Source of the DNA: a virus
DNA: 64,000 bases
IMG/VR virus record: IMGVR_UViG_3300042673_002211
Span: 1-64,000 of that record
Reading direction: 5' to 3' (one strand)
A program made the position numbers and the translations under genes. The notes under the pieces were generated by a model. The model had not been told where the DNA came from. It saw only the letters and a list, made by a program, of their open reading frames with translations, and made no database searches. The number at the start of each line of letters is the position of its first letter. Within the stretch, counting starts at the first letter, position 1. This document shows, one piece after another, positions 19,814 through 29,656 of this stretch.

Positions 19814-20273
19814 ATAATAAATAATTTAGACACAATGGACAATTTTGATTTTAAAAAATACTTAGTAGAGAATAAACTTACTTTAAATTCTCGTTTAAGT
19901 GAAACTACAACAGATAATGTTAGCGATTATGATGATGGTATATACATTGCAATTAATAAGAAACCAACCCCCGAAATGCAAGCACAGATCGCGAAAGCAG
20001 CTAATGAAGAGTTTTTTGTTGATGAGGAAGAAATAAAATTTGGAGAAAATCCAAACACTGGAGAATATTCAGTATATATACCATTTGCTGGAGATTATTC
20101 TAATATGATGGATGTTTTAAAAAAATTTAAAATAGGGAAACGACCTTACACCAGCCCACATCTTAGGTAAAAGATACATAGGGATAATAAATAATTTAGA
20201 CACAATGGACAATTTTGATTTTAAAAAATACTTAGTAGAGAATAAACTTACTTCTAACTCTCGTTTAAATGAA
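19814..20273 (+). repeat. direct repeat, 70 bp exact (19814-19883 / 20184-20253) extending to ~90 bp with mismatches
   Basis: ATAATAAATAATTTAGACACAATGGACAATTTTGATTTTAAAAAATACTTAGTAGAGAATAAACTTACTT occurs twice, 370 bp apart. Confidence 0.95.
19835..20170 (+). CDS. hypothetical protein with shared MDNFDFKKYLVENKLT leader
   Basis: ORF track; ATATTTATA at 19808-19816. Confidence 0.75.
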   Translation: MDNFDFKKYLVENKLTLNSRLSETTTDNVSDYDDGIYIAINKKPTPEMQAQIAKAANEEFFVDEEEIKFGENPNTGEYSVYIPFAGDYSNMMDVLKKFKIGKRPYTSPHLR

Positions 20274-20720
20274 GATAAACAAGAACTTTTAGATTTTATA
20301 AAAGCTAACAGTAAAGAAATTGCCCAAGCAGTTAGAGCTACAAATCTAAAAAATATCTCATCTGATAGTATGGGAGATATTTCAGCTACTCCACTATTTA
20401 TAGATTATGAAATGGTATCCTCAACATCAGCCCCAAAAGCAACAATTGAGTTAAATGGAGAAACTTTTACAATTCAAGATGTTGTTTCTAACCCATCTAT
20501 GTTTTTAAATAAAAAAGTAGTTTTCCAACGTAATGATGCATATTATCCTGAAAAAAGAATAATAGGAGTTATTGAAGATGATAGTATTGGGTTTAATGAA
20601 GGACCAAGCTCAAAGGGATCTGATATTTCATTTTCTGAAACCCCAATTACAGATGGTGAAGAATCAGGTAAGGTTAATGTTGGAGGAAAAACAATATACT
20701 ATACAATGTATAATGTTTAA
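20205..20720 (+). CDS. hypothetical protein with shared MDNFDFKKYLVENKLT leader
   Basis: ORF track; duplicated leader and upstream region. Confidence 0.75.
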   Translation: MDNFDFKKYLVENKLTSNSRLNEDKQELLDFIKANSKEIAQAVRATNLKNISSDSMGDISATPLFIDYEMVSSTSAPKATIELNGETFTIQDVVSNPSMFLNKKVVFQRNDAYYPEKRIIGVIEDDSIGFNEGPSSKGSDISFSETPITDGEESGKVNVGGKTIYYTMYNV

Positions 20721-20760
20721 TATTCTACATATAGTCGCCCCAATTAAATAAACAACATAT

Positions 20761-20794
20761 AAAATAAAAAGCCCTTCAAAAGAGGGCTTATTTT
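20761..20794. terminator. intrinsic (possibly bidirectional) terminator
   Basis: A-run, AAGCCCTTC-AAAA-GAGGGCTT, then ATTTT. Confidence 0.7.
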
Positions 20795-20797
20795 AAC

Positions 20798-20828
20798 TTG
20801 GCTACCCCAAATCAAGTTCGTACATTTA
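20798..20828 (+). promoter_or_regulatory. TTG-N20-TACATTTA host-type promoter (SSB operon)
   Basis: TTGG at 20798, TTCGTACATTTA with TA at 20821. Confidence 0.65.
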
Positions 20829-20855
20829 GTATCAAATATAAATAAGTTATAAAAA

Positions 20856-21674
20856 ATGGATTTAGAAGCAATCAAATCGCGTTTAAACGCAATGCAAAAA
20901 ACCTCAAATGGTAAAAATGGAGGTGATCGTGCCTCAATGTTCTGGAAGCCTACCGTAGGCAAACAGACAGTTCGTGTTGTACCCTCAAAGTATAACTCAT
21001 CAATGCCCTTTAGTGAAATTTTCTTTCACTATGGAATTGACAAACCCGTAATGGTATCTCCCATCAACTGGGGAGAAAAAGATCCCATTGTAGAATTTGC
21101 AGCTACACTAAAGAAGACTAACGATAAGGAAAACTGGCGTTTGGCTAAAAAAATCGAACCAAAAGCTCGTTACTTTGCTCCCGTAATTGTACGAGGTGAA
21201 GAAGATAAAGGTGTTCGCTTGTGGCAGTTCGGTAAAGAAATTTACGAAACATTCCTACAAATGGCTGTTGACGAGGAAGTTGGTGATTACACTGACTTGA
21301 TGGAAGGTCGCGACATCAAACTCACTACAGTGGGTCCCGAAGCAACTGGTACACCTTACAACAAAACTACAGTTGCCCCATCAATGAAGAACACTCCATT
21401 GGGTGATGCTGATCAAATCCTATTGTGGAAAGACAATCAACCAAACCCTAAAGAGACATTCAAACCATTTACTTTTGATGAGATGAAATTGGCTCTACAA
21501 AACTGGTTGACTCCCGAGTCTACAGAAGGTAGCATTATCGATGACGAGAAGGAAGTAGAAGAAGCACCAAAAACCAACTACTCAGTAAACACTTCAACTG
21601 CTGCTGTAAAGCAAAGCAAGCTTGATAAGTTTGATAGTTTGTTTGAAGATGAATCTGACGGTCTACCTTTCTAA
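20856..21674 (+). CDS. single-stranded DNA-binding protein (gp32-like)
   Basis: FWKPTVGKQTVRVVP, GVRLWQFGKEIY, EGRDIKL, acidic tail ending DESDGLPF. Confidence 0.85.
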   Translation: MDLEAIKSRLNAMQKTSNGKNGGDRASMFWKPTVGKQTVRVVPSKYNSSMPFSEIFFHYGIDKPVMVSPINWGEKDPIVEFAATLKKTNDKENWRLAKKIEPKARYFAPVIVRGEEDKGVRLWQFGKEIYETFLQMAVDEEVGDYTDLMEGRDIKLTTVGPEATGTPYNKTTVAPSMKNTPLGDADQILLWKDNQPNPKETFKPFTFDEMKLALQNWLTPESTEGSIIDDEKEVEEAPKTNYSVNTSTAAVKQSKLDKFDSLFEDESDGLPF

Positions 21675-21676
21675 GC

Positions 21677-22756
21677 ATGGCTAAAAAACGTAGTGAATCA
21701 CTTTCGGCAGCAGTATCTGCCGAGATTAGATCAGGATTTAGTCTTGATAAATTCAAGGATAAAAAAGGTCTATCAGGTTCGGTTAAATTCAAACCCCAAC
21801 AATGGGTACCCCTTGCTCCTGCTTTTCAAGAAGTAACGAGCATACCTGGTATTCCTACTGGTCATATTGTTCTCCTCCGGGGCCATAGCGACACAGGTAA
21901 AACAACCGCACTTATTGAGGCAGCAGTCAACGCTCAAAAAGCAGGTATTCTACCAGTGTTTATCATCACCGAGATGAAATGGAACTGGGAACACGCCACT
22001 CAAATGGGCCTCCAATTGGAGGAAGTGTGGGACGAAGAAACAGGTGAATTGGTCAATTATACAGGATTTTTCCTATATGCTGACCGCGAAACCATCCATA
22101 CCATTGAAGATGTAGCAGCCTTTATTTTAGATTTGCTTGATGAACAGAAAAAAGGTAACCTACCATACGATTTAATGTTTTTGTGGGATTCAATTGGTTC
22201 AGTACCTTGTGAGTTGTCGGTTCGTTCTAATAAAAACAATAACGAATGGAATGCTGGAGCGATGTCAACTCAATTTGGCAATGGTGTAAATCAAAAGATT
22301 ACACTATCGCGTAAAGAGTCTTCAAAGCATACTAATACTTTAGTTTGTATCAATAAGGTATGGACCGCTAAACCCGAAATGCCTATGGGTCAACCCAAGT
22401 TGATGAACAAAGGTGGTTTCGCTATGTGGTTTGACGCTACATTTGTAGTAACCTTTGGTAATATTGCAAATGCGGGTACCAATAAGATTAAAGCAATCAA
22501 GGACGGCAAGCAAGTAGAATTTGCTAAACGCACTAACGTTCAAATTGATAAAAACCACATCAATGGCATTACCACTAAGGGTAAGATTATTATGACACCC
22601 CACGGGTTTATTAATGATACTGATAAAGCCCTTAAGGATTATAAAGATTCACACGCTAAAGAGTGGAGTAGGATCTTAGGTGGTGGAGATTTTTCTATAG
22701 TAGAGGAAGTTGATACTTTCGAAGCTCCAGAAATATACACTCAGGAACCAGAATAG
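21677..22756 (+). CDS. RecA/UvsX-like recombinase
   Basis: GIPTGHIVLLRGHSDTGKTT Walker A; FLWDSIG Walker B; KGGFAMWFDA. Confidence 0.85.
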   Translation: MAKKRSESLSAAVSAEIRSGFSLDKFKDKKGLSGSVKFKPQQWVPLAPAFQEVTSIPGIPTGHIVLLRGHSDTGKTTALIEAAVNAQKAGILPVFIITEMKWNWEHATQMGLQLEEVWDEETGELVNYTGFFLYADRETIHTIEDVAAFILDLLDEQKKGNLPYDLMFLWDSIGSVPCELSVRSNKNNNEWNAGAMSTQFGNGVNQKITLSRKESSKHTNTLVCINKVWTAKPEMPMGQPKLMNKGGFAMWFDATFVVTFGNIANAGTNKIKAIKDGKQVEFAKRTNVQIDKNHINGITTKGKIIMTPHGFINDTDKALKDYKDSHAKEWSRILGGGDFSIVEEVDTFEAPEIYTQEPE

Positions 22757-22757
22757 G

Positions 22758-23798
22758 ATGGATGCTAAAGATCTATTATCACTCCTCAACAATGTAGTTG
22801 AGGAGAATGAGACAGAATCCCTTAATAAACATGACCGTGTTCTTTTAATTGATGGTCTAAATTTATTTTTTCGTAATTTTGCAATGCTGAACTTTGTCAA
22901 TGAAGACGGAGTTCACGTTGGAGGGTTAGGCGGGTTTCTTCGTTCACTAGGAACTTTAATAAATCGAATCCAACCCACCTCAGTTTATGTAGTATTTGAT
23001 GGAGTTGGTTCTACGATTAATCGCAAAAACCTTCTCCCCGAATACAAATCTAATCGCAACATAACCCGTATTACAAACTGGGATATTTTTGAGAGTTTGG
23101 ATGACGAACACGCCGCTAAGGTGGACCAAATTGTGCGTTTAATCCATTATTTACAGTGCTTGCCTGTTAAAACGTTGTCACTGGATAAAGTAGAGGCTGA
23201 CGATATTATAGCGCATTTAGCCACAAAGCTATCCTCTGATTATGGTTCAAAAGTATTTATAGTCTCAAGCGATAAGGATTTTATTCAATTGGTAAACGAG
23301 AATATTATCGTATATCGCCCCATTGAAAAAGACTACTATACAACAGATACTGTAATTGAAAAATTTGGTATTTCTGCTGCTAACTTTATTTTATATAAAG
23401 TACTAATGGGCGATGCTTCAGATAAAGTAGCAGGTGTGAAAGGTTTAGGCGAAAAGAAACTAATGAAATTGTTTCCTGAACTCTCTCAGCGTATATTAAC
23501 GCTGCAAGATATTTTGGACATAAGTGAGGTAAAACTCAAAGAAAACATTATATACGCTAGAGTATTAGATATGCAAGACCAGCTTGAAAAAAATTACCGC
23601 ATTATGAATCTGCATAATCCTATGTTAGATGATATTGAACAAGAGTTTTTAGATGCTATTATTGAATATCCTTTACCTGAACTTGATAATATGAAATTTC
23701 TTAAGTATTATCACGAGGATGGTTTGAAACATTTAATCAAGAATATTGATTATTGGATTCAAAACACATTTAAAGATTTAATCAGTTATAATAAATAA
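22758..23798 (+). CDS. 5'-3' exonuclease / RNase H (T4 rnh / FEN-like)
   Basis: LLIDGLNLFFR, VVFDG, EYKSNR, EADDII, SSDKDFIQL, GDASDKVAGVKGLG. Confidence 0.9.
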   Translation: MDAKDLLSLLNNVVEENETESLNKHDRVLLIDGLNLFFRNFAMLNFVNEDGVHVGGLGGFLRSLGTLINRIQPTSVYVVFDGVGSTINRKNLLPEYKSNRNITRITNWDIFESLDDEHAAKVDQIVRLIHYLQCLPVKTLSLDKVEADDIIAHLATKLSSDYGSKVFIVSSDKDFIQLVNENIIVYRPIEKDYYTTDTVIEKFGISAANFILYKVLMGDASDKVAGVKGLGEKKLMKLFPELSQRILTLQDILDISEVKLKENIIYARVLDMQDQLEKNYRIMNLHNPMLDDIEQEFLDAIIEYPLPELDNMKFLKYYHEDGLKHLIKNIDYWIQNTFKDLISYNK

Positions 23799-23803
23799 GT
23801 TAC

Positions 23804-25162
23804 ATGACACTCACAAATATTAATCAATACGGACCTGGATTTCAGGTTAAAGTATTAGCTGCTCTTTTGAGCCATAAAGAATTTTTGATTAATATTCACG
23901 ATATTATCAGTGAAGAATACTTTGAATCACAAGCCCATAAATGGATTATCAAAGAGATTTTAAAATACTATGGTAAGTATCATACGACCCCATCATTGGA
24001 GGTTTTAAAAGTAGAAATTAAAAAATTACAAAATGAAGTTTTACAAATTGCCGTTAAAGAACAACTTCGCGAAGCATATAAAGAGTCAGACGATTTGGCT
24101 TATGTTGAAGAAGAGTTTTCTGCGTTTTGCAAAAATCAGATGCTTAAGAAAGCGCTGCTGCAGTCAGTAGATTTACTGCAAGCCGGAGATTACGATTCAA
24201 TCAAATTTATGATTGAGTCTGCTATGAAAGCCGGTCAAGATAAAAATTTAGGTCATGAATATAATAAAGATATTGAAACACGCTATCGCGAGGAACACCG
24301 AGTTATTGTTCCAACCCCTTGGACTGAGTTTAACAACATACTTCAGGGAGGCCTCGGAAATGGAGATTTTGGTCTTATATTTGGTAATCCAGGAGGTGGT
24401 AAATCTTGGGCTCTAGTAGCCCTAGGAGGTCATGCCGTTAAAATGGGTTACAATGTAATCCATTATACTCTGGAGCTAGGTGAGGATTATGTTGGTAGAC
24501 GATATGACGCTTACTTTACTCAAATCCCAGTAAACGTAATCTCAACACATAAAGATAAAGTAGAAGAGGTTATGGACAGTCTACCAGGACAACTAATCAT
24601 TAAAGAATACACGCCAGGTAAAGCATCCATATCTACGCTTGAATCTCATATTCAAAAATGTATTGATTTAGATTTCAAACCCGATTTGATTATTATTGAC
24701 TACGTTGACCTGCTTCGCTCAAAGAAGCTGAATCGTGAGCGTAAGGAAGAAATAGATGATATTTATGTGGGCACTAAAGGATTAGCACGCGGATTGAATA
24801 TCCCAGTTTGGAGCGTCTCACAGGTCAACCGCGCAGGTGCCAAGGACGATATCATTGAGGGAGATAAAGCCGCAGGTTCTTATGATAAAATCATGATTAC
24901 CGATTTCGCTGCTTCTTTAAGTCGTAAACGCCAAGACAAAGTCAACGGCACAGGTAGATGGCATATTATGAAAAATAGATACGGAATGGATGGTTTAACT
25001 TATGGCGCTAAAATCGACACCTCTATGGGATTGTTCGAGACAATTAGCGATGATGAGCTAGAATCAATTACCCCAGCCGATACTAAACAAAGCTATGGCC
25101 AAGTGTCTGATTCCGAAAAAGAACAATTACGACAGCACCACAACTTTTTCCTAAATAACTAA
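23804..25162 (+). CDS. DnaB/gp41-like replicative helicase
   Basis: GNPGGGKS Walker A, YTLEL, IIIDYVDLL, SQVNR, KNRYG. Confidence 0.9.
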   Translation: MTLTNINQYGPGFQVKVLAALLSHKEFLINIHDIISEEYFESQAHKWIIKEILKYYGKYHTTPSLEVLKVEIKKLQNEVLQIAVKEQLREAYKESDDLAYVEEEFSAFCKNQMLKKALLQSVDLLQAGDYDSIKFMIESAMKAGQDKNLGHEYNKDIETRYREEHRVIVPTPWTEFNNILQGGLGNGDFGLIFGNPGGGKSWALVALGGHAVKMGYNVIHYTLELGEDYVGRRYDAYFTQIPVNVISTHKDKVEEVMDSLPGQLIIKEYTPGKASISTLESHIQKCIDLDFKPDLIIIDYVDLLRSKKLNRERKEEIDDIYVGTKGLARGLNIPVWSVSQVNRAGAKDDIIEGDKAAGSYDKIMITDFAASLSRKRQDKVNGTGRWHIMKNRYGMDGLTYGAKIDTSMGLFETISDDELESITPADTKQSYGQVSDSEKEQLRQHHNFFLNN

Positions 25163-25172
25163 TAACCCTACA

Positions 25173-26159
25173 ATGGCAAAGAAATTAAATCTGTTGCATG
25201 AGAGAATCATCTACAAACCTTTTGAATACCCTCAAGCTTACGAATACTGGCTAAACCAACAACAGGCACACTGGCTTCATACTGAAATCCCAATGATGTC
25301 TGACCTAAATGATTGGAACTCTAATCTAAATAAAACAGAAAAAAATATTATAGGCTCAATCCTAAAAGGATTTGCCCAAACCGAAACTATTGTAAACGAT
25401 TATTGGTCTGGATTAGTAACTAAATGGTTTAGAAAACCCGAAGTTATAATGATGGCTACAACATTTGGCGCATTTGAAACAATCCACGCCGAAGCTTATT
25501 CTCTATTAAATGAAACACTTGGACTCGATAACTTCTCAGAATTTCTTGAGGATGAAGCTACAATGGCAAAAATTGAAAATCTTATGTCTGTTAGGGATAG
25601 TTTCAATGGCGAAAAAAATGTCCCGGAAATTGCCAAATCATTGGCTATATTCTCAGCCTTTACCGAGGGCGTTAACCTATTCTCTTCATTCGCCATACTA
25701 CTCTCTTTTAAAATGCGAAACAAGCTTAAAGGAGTGGGTCAAATTGTTGAATGGTCTATTAGAGACGAGTCGATGCACTCAGAAGCCGGGTGCTGGTTAT
25801 TTAGAACCCTTATTGAAGAAAATCCGTACCTTAAAACAAAAGAATTAGAGGCAGCAATTAACGAGGCCGCTCTACTTTCACTTAAACTTGAACTTGACTT
25901 TATTGATAAAGTATTTGAGTTAGGTGATCTAGAAGGATGTTCAAAATACGATTTACAAAACTTTATTAAAAATAGAGTTAACACTAAACTTGGTGATTTA
26001 GGATACAACCCCATTATCACCGATATTGACCTAACAGCAGTTGAGCGTATGAAATGGTTTGATCACCTTTCAGCAGGTAAACAACACACCGACTTTTTTG
26101 CTAATAGAGTCACTAACTATTCTAAAGGAACTATGACATGGGACGAATCAATTTTTTAA
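25173..26159 (+). CDS. nrdB: ribonucleotide reductase class Ia beta subunit
   Basis: ETIHAEAY, EGVNLFSSF, RDESMH, HTDFFANRVTNY. Confidence 0.95.
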   Translation: MAKKLNLLHERIIYKPFEYPQAYEYWLNQQQAHWLHTEIPMMSDLNDWNSNLNKTEKNIIGSILKGFAQTETIVNDYWSGLVTKWFRKPEVIMMATTFGAFETIHAEAYSLLNETLGLDNFSEFLEDEATMAKIENLMSVRDSFNGEKNVPEIAKSLAIFSAFTEGVNLFSSFAILLSFKMRNKLKGVGQIVEWSIRDESMHSEAGCWLFRTLIEENPYLKTKELEAAINEAALLSLKLELDFIDKVFELGDLEGCSKYDLQNFIKNRVNTKLGDLGYNPIITDIDLTAVERMKWFDHLSAGKQHTDFFANRVTNYSKGTMTWDESIF

Positions 26160-26172
26160 TAACAAACAAATA

Positions 26173-27882
26173 ATGGACAGTAATTTAGTAGTAGACTACA
26201 CACAATGGGAACGAGGTAAAGACTATCCCGAATTTTTTGATGAAGTAGCCCTTAGTACTATCTCTAGAGGATACTTACTACCAGGTGAAACACCTAAAAA
26301 AGCATACCGAAGAGTAGCTCACGCTGTAGCGTTGCGTTTAAACCGCCCTGAATTAGAGAATAAATTTTTCAAATACATTTGGAATGGATGGATTGGTTTG
26401 GCTAGCCCAGTACTCAGCAATACTGGTACTGATCGTGGGTTACCTATTTCTTGTTTTGGGATTGATACCCCAGATAGTGTCCGAGGAATTGGACTTACTA
26501 ACGCTGAACTTATGCGCCTTACTTCGTACGGTGGTGGTGTGGGAATTTCCCTTAGCCGAATTCGACCAAGAGGTACCTCAATTACAGGAAACGGTAGATC
26601 AGAAGGAGTAGTACCTTGGGCTAAAATCTATGATTCTACTATCATAGCTACTAACCAGGGTTCAGTTAGAAGAGGAGCTGCTTCAGTAAATCTAGATATC
26701 AACCACAAAGATATTCACGAATTTCTTCAAATCCGCAGACCAAAAGGTGATCCTAATAGGCAATGTCTTAATCTACACCAATGCGTTGTTGTTGATGACG
26801 CGTTTATGAAGCGCTTAAATGATCGCGACAGCGATGCTATGTCACTTTGGTTAGAGGTGCTTAAATCACGCGTAGAGACCGGAGAACCATACATTATGTT
26901 TAGCGATAATGTCAACAAAGATAATCCATTGGCGTATAGGATGAATAATCTTGATGTTTCAATGACTAACATTTGTACTGAAATTACTTTACATACAGAC
27001 GAGGAACACTCATTCATTTGTTGTTTATCTTCTCTTAATTTAGCCAAGTATGATGAGTGGAAAGACACTGACTTGGTAGAAACATCTATCTATTTTCTAG
27101 ATGGTGTAATGGAAGAATTTATCCAAAAAACTAATGGTAAAGAATCTATGATTAGATCTCACCGCCATGCTAAAAAAGGTAGAGCACTAGGATTAGGGGT
27201 AATGGGTTGGCATACTTTTCTACAACAAAAGAATTTACCATTCAATTCAATTGCTTCAACAGCCTGGACACACACTATCTTTAGCCAAATCAAAACACAA
27301 GCCGAAGCTGCTTCTCGTAAAATGGCAGTTGAATATGGTGAGCCACTTTGGTGTAAAGGAACAGGTACAAGAAATACACACTTGCTAGCTATTGCTCCTA
27401 CTGTTTCTAACTCGCGCATCAATTCATGTTCAGCAGGTATTGAACCACAACCAGCAAACGTTTATGTTTTCAATGGTGCTAAAGGAACATTTATCGTTAA
27501 AAATCCCGAATTAGAGACATTACTTGAATCTAAAGGACATAATGTAAGTAAAGTATGGGACCAAATTCTAGCAGATAATGGTTCAGTACAGAATTTACCT
27601 AGTTCAATATTGAGTGATGAAGATAAAGAAGTATTTTTAACTTTCCCTGAAATTAACCAGTTAGCTTTAGTTCAACAAGCTGCGGCTCGCCAACGCTATA
27701 TTGACCAAACTCAATCACTTAATGTATCGTTTGACCCAACCGATTCACCAAAATGGATTAATCAAGTTCACATAGAGGCATGGAAACTAGGAATCAAAAC
27801 ACTTTACTATCTACGTACTGATTCAGTGATTAAGGGAGATCTTGGATCTCGCACCGTAGATTGCGTTTCTTGCGATGGGTAG
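26173..27882 (+). CDS. nrdA: ribonucleotide reductase class Ia alpha subunit (no ATP cone)
   Basis: ISCF, TNICTEI, AIAPTVS, KTLYYLR, C-terminal CVSCDG. Confidence 0.95.
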   Translation: MDSNLVVDYTQWERGKDYPEFFDEVALSTISRGYLLPGETPKKAYRRVAHAVALRLNRPELENKFFKYIWNGWIGLASPVLSNTGTDRGLPISCFGIDTPDSVRGIGLTNAELMRLTSYGGGVGISLSRIRPRGTSITGNGRSEGVVPWAKIYDSTIIATNQGSVRRGAASVNLDINHKDIHEFLQIRRPKGDPNRQCLNLHQCVVVDDAFMKRLNDRDSDAMSLWLEVLKSRVETGEPYIMFSDNVNKDNPLAYRMNNLDVSMTNICTEITLHTDEEHSFICCLSSLNLAKYDEWKDTDLVETSIYFLDGVMEEFIQKTNGKESMIRSHRHAKKGRALGLGVMGWHTFLQQKNLPFNSIASTAWTHTIFSQIKTQAEAASRKMAVEYGEPLWCKGTGTRNTHLLAIAPTVSNSRINSCSAGIEPQPANVYVFNGAKGTFIVKNPELETLLESKGHNVSKVWDQILADNGSVQNLPSSILSDEDKEVFLTFPEINQLALVQQAAARQRYIDQTQSLNVSFDPTDSPKWINQVHIEAWKLGIKTLYYLRTDSVIKGDLGSRTVDCVSCDG

Positions 27883-27915
27883 TAATATGTATAACAATAA
27901 CAAATAATATAAATA

Positions 27916-28113
27916 ATGGAATTTTTAAAAAAACTTTGGAACTGGTTACTAGGACAAACTACGGTAGATGAAAAAATTGAAGCTAAAGTAGTTGAAGTCA
28001 AAAAAGAAGTAGCTGAGGTAGTAGAAGCTGTTAAAGTCGTAGTCAAAGAAACTAAAGACGTAGTTAAAACTGTTAAACCCAGAAAACCTCGTAAGCCAAA
28101 AGCTAGTAAATAA
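27916..28113 (+). CDS. small Lys/Val-rich protein with amphipathic N-terminus
   Basis: ORF with ATATGTATA promoter variant at 27885 and a downstream terminator. Confidence 0.7.
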   Translation: MEFLKKLWNWLLGQTTVDEKIEAKVVEVKKEVAEVVEAVKVVVKETKDVVKTVKPRKPRKPKASK

Positions 28114-28136
28114 TTACATTTTTTATATAAACTTTT

Positions 28137-28161
28137 AAGGGCATCTTGTATGCCCTTTTTT
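28137..28161 (+). terminator. intrinsic terminator
   Basis: AAGGGCAT-CTTGT-ATGCCCTT plus T run, abutting ATATTTATA at 28162. Confidence 0.8.
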
Positions 28162-28216
28162 ATATTTATAATAGACCAAAAAGTTTTGAATTTATTAAAT
28201 CTTATAAAGAAAAATA

Positions 28217-29326
28217 ATGAAAAACTTATCCAAAGAAGAGTTATTAAATAGAATGGAGGCTATTAATCGTAGCAACGCTCTTATTTATTTTGATCTTAAT
28301 GGTTTTATTCTTGGAGTGAATTCTATCTTTTTAACAACAATGGGTTATAAAGAGGACGAACATGAAAAAGTTGTTGGTCAGCATCACAGTATTTTTGTTG
28401 CTCCTGAATATGCACAATCAGAAGAATATAAAAGGTTTTGGAAAAAGCTAGGAGAAGGTAACTTTCACGAAGGTGAATTTGAAAGAATAAAAGCAGACGG
28501 AAACATTATCTATCTCCAGGCAACTTATAATCCAATACTTGATGAAAATGGTGTTGTAACTAAGGTAATGAAGGTTGCTTCTGATATTACTACAACTGTA
28601 ATAGCAAAAAATGCAATTAGTGCAATAAATAAAAGTAATGCTATTATATATTTTGATTGTGATGGTTATATACTAGATGCAAACTCCATATTTTTAGAAA
28701 CAATGGGGTATAACAAAAACGATTTAGATAAAATTGTTGGGAAGCACCATAGTATTTTTGTAGGTTATGAGTATGCTAAATCCGAAGAATATAAAGGATT
28801 TTGGCAAAAGCTAAAAAGTGGTAAATTTTTTGAGGGTGAATATGAAAGGATGAGAGTAGATGGTTCTTCTATTTATTTAAAAGCATCCTATAATCCCATA
28901 ATTAGCAACGATGGAACTTGTAAAAAAGTAATGAAAATTGCTACTGACATTACTGATACGATTACTATTAAAAAGCAAGTAGAAGAACTTTCTAAAAATT
29001 TACAGGTTGAATTAGATAATTCAAATAAACTTAAATTATCAATAGAAATAGAAAAAAATAATGCACTAGAAGACTTAGATGCAACTATAAAAAAAAGCCA
29101 AAATGAACTAATTAAAACTATTGTTAAATCAGCTCTATTTGTAATCATGAGTGTTGGGTTTATTACCACTATTATGTACTCATTTGCAATACTTAATGAT
29201 AGAGATACTCAAATAATTGGTTCAACCTGGAGTAACATGTTTAGCGTACTTTTAACGAATGCATTTTCAATTGTAGGCACAATTATGGGTATTAAATATG
29301 CAACACAAGAAGATAAAAAAACTTAA
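28217..29326 (+). CDS. tandem PAS/PAC domain protein with coiled coil and two C-terminal TM helices
   Basis: Two repeats SNA(L/I)IYFD..G.IL..NSIFL.TMGY...VG.HHSIFV...FW.KL..G.F.EGE.ER...DG..IYL.A.YNPI...KVMK.A.DIT; no MCP or kinase output domain. Confidence 0.85.
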   Translation: MKNLSKEELLNRMEAINRSNALIYFDLNGFILGVNSIFLTTMGYKEDEHEKVVGQHHSIFVAPEYAQSEEYKRFWKKLGEGNFHEGEFERIKADGNIIYLQATYNPILDENGVVTKVMKVASDITTTVIAKNAISAINKSNAIIYFDCDGYILDANSIFLETMGYNKNDLDKIVGKHHSIFVGYEYAKSEEYKGFWQKLKSGKFFEGEYERMRVDGSSIYLKASYNPIISNDGTCKKVMKIATDITDTITIKKQVEELSKNLQVELDNSNKLKLSIEIEKNNALEDLDATIKKSQNELIKTIVKSALFVIMSVGFITTIMYSFAILNDRDTQIIGSTWSNMFSVLLTNAFSIVGTIMGIKYATQEDKKT

Positions 29327-29334
29327 AATATATA

Positions 29335-29359
29335 GAAAGGATATTTTATATTCTTTTTT
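29335..29359 (+). terminator. probable intrinsic terminator
   Basis: AAAGGGATAT-TTT-ATATTCTTT plus T run, abutting ATATTTATA at 29360. Confidence 0.55.
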
Positions 29360-29416
29360 ATATTTATAACAAATGTTTTATCCAATAGTTGTATTTAACT
29401 AACTTAAATTTAAATT

Positions 29417-29656
29417 ATGACATTTTCAGATATTTTCAAAGACAAGAGTGATTTTAACGAAAAAACTATCGTAGGATTTTTATCATTCGCGGTAATGGCA
29501 ATTTTTGCCGGAGCTGACGTAGTAACGGGTATTATGGGTAATCATCTCGTAATCAGTGATACAATTTTTAATTCATTTGTAATCATTACTCTTGGTGCTT
29601 TCGGTATTGCTGAAGCAGGTAAGATTTTTGGTGGAAATAAAAAAGGAGAAGAATAA
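29417..29656 (+). CDS. small two-TM membrane protein (holin-like)
   Basis: Two hydrophobic helices, charged C-terminus, TAATG-coupled to endolysin. Confidence 0.6.
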   Translation: MTFSDIFKDKSDFNEKTIVGFLSFAVMAIFAGADVVTGIMGNHLVISDTIFNSFVIITLGAFGIAEAGKIFGGNKKGEE

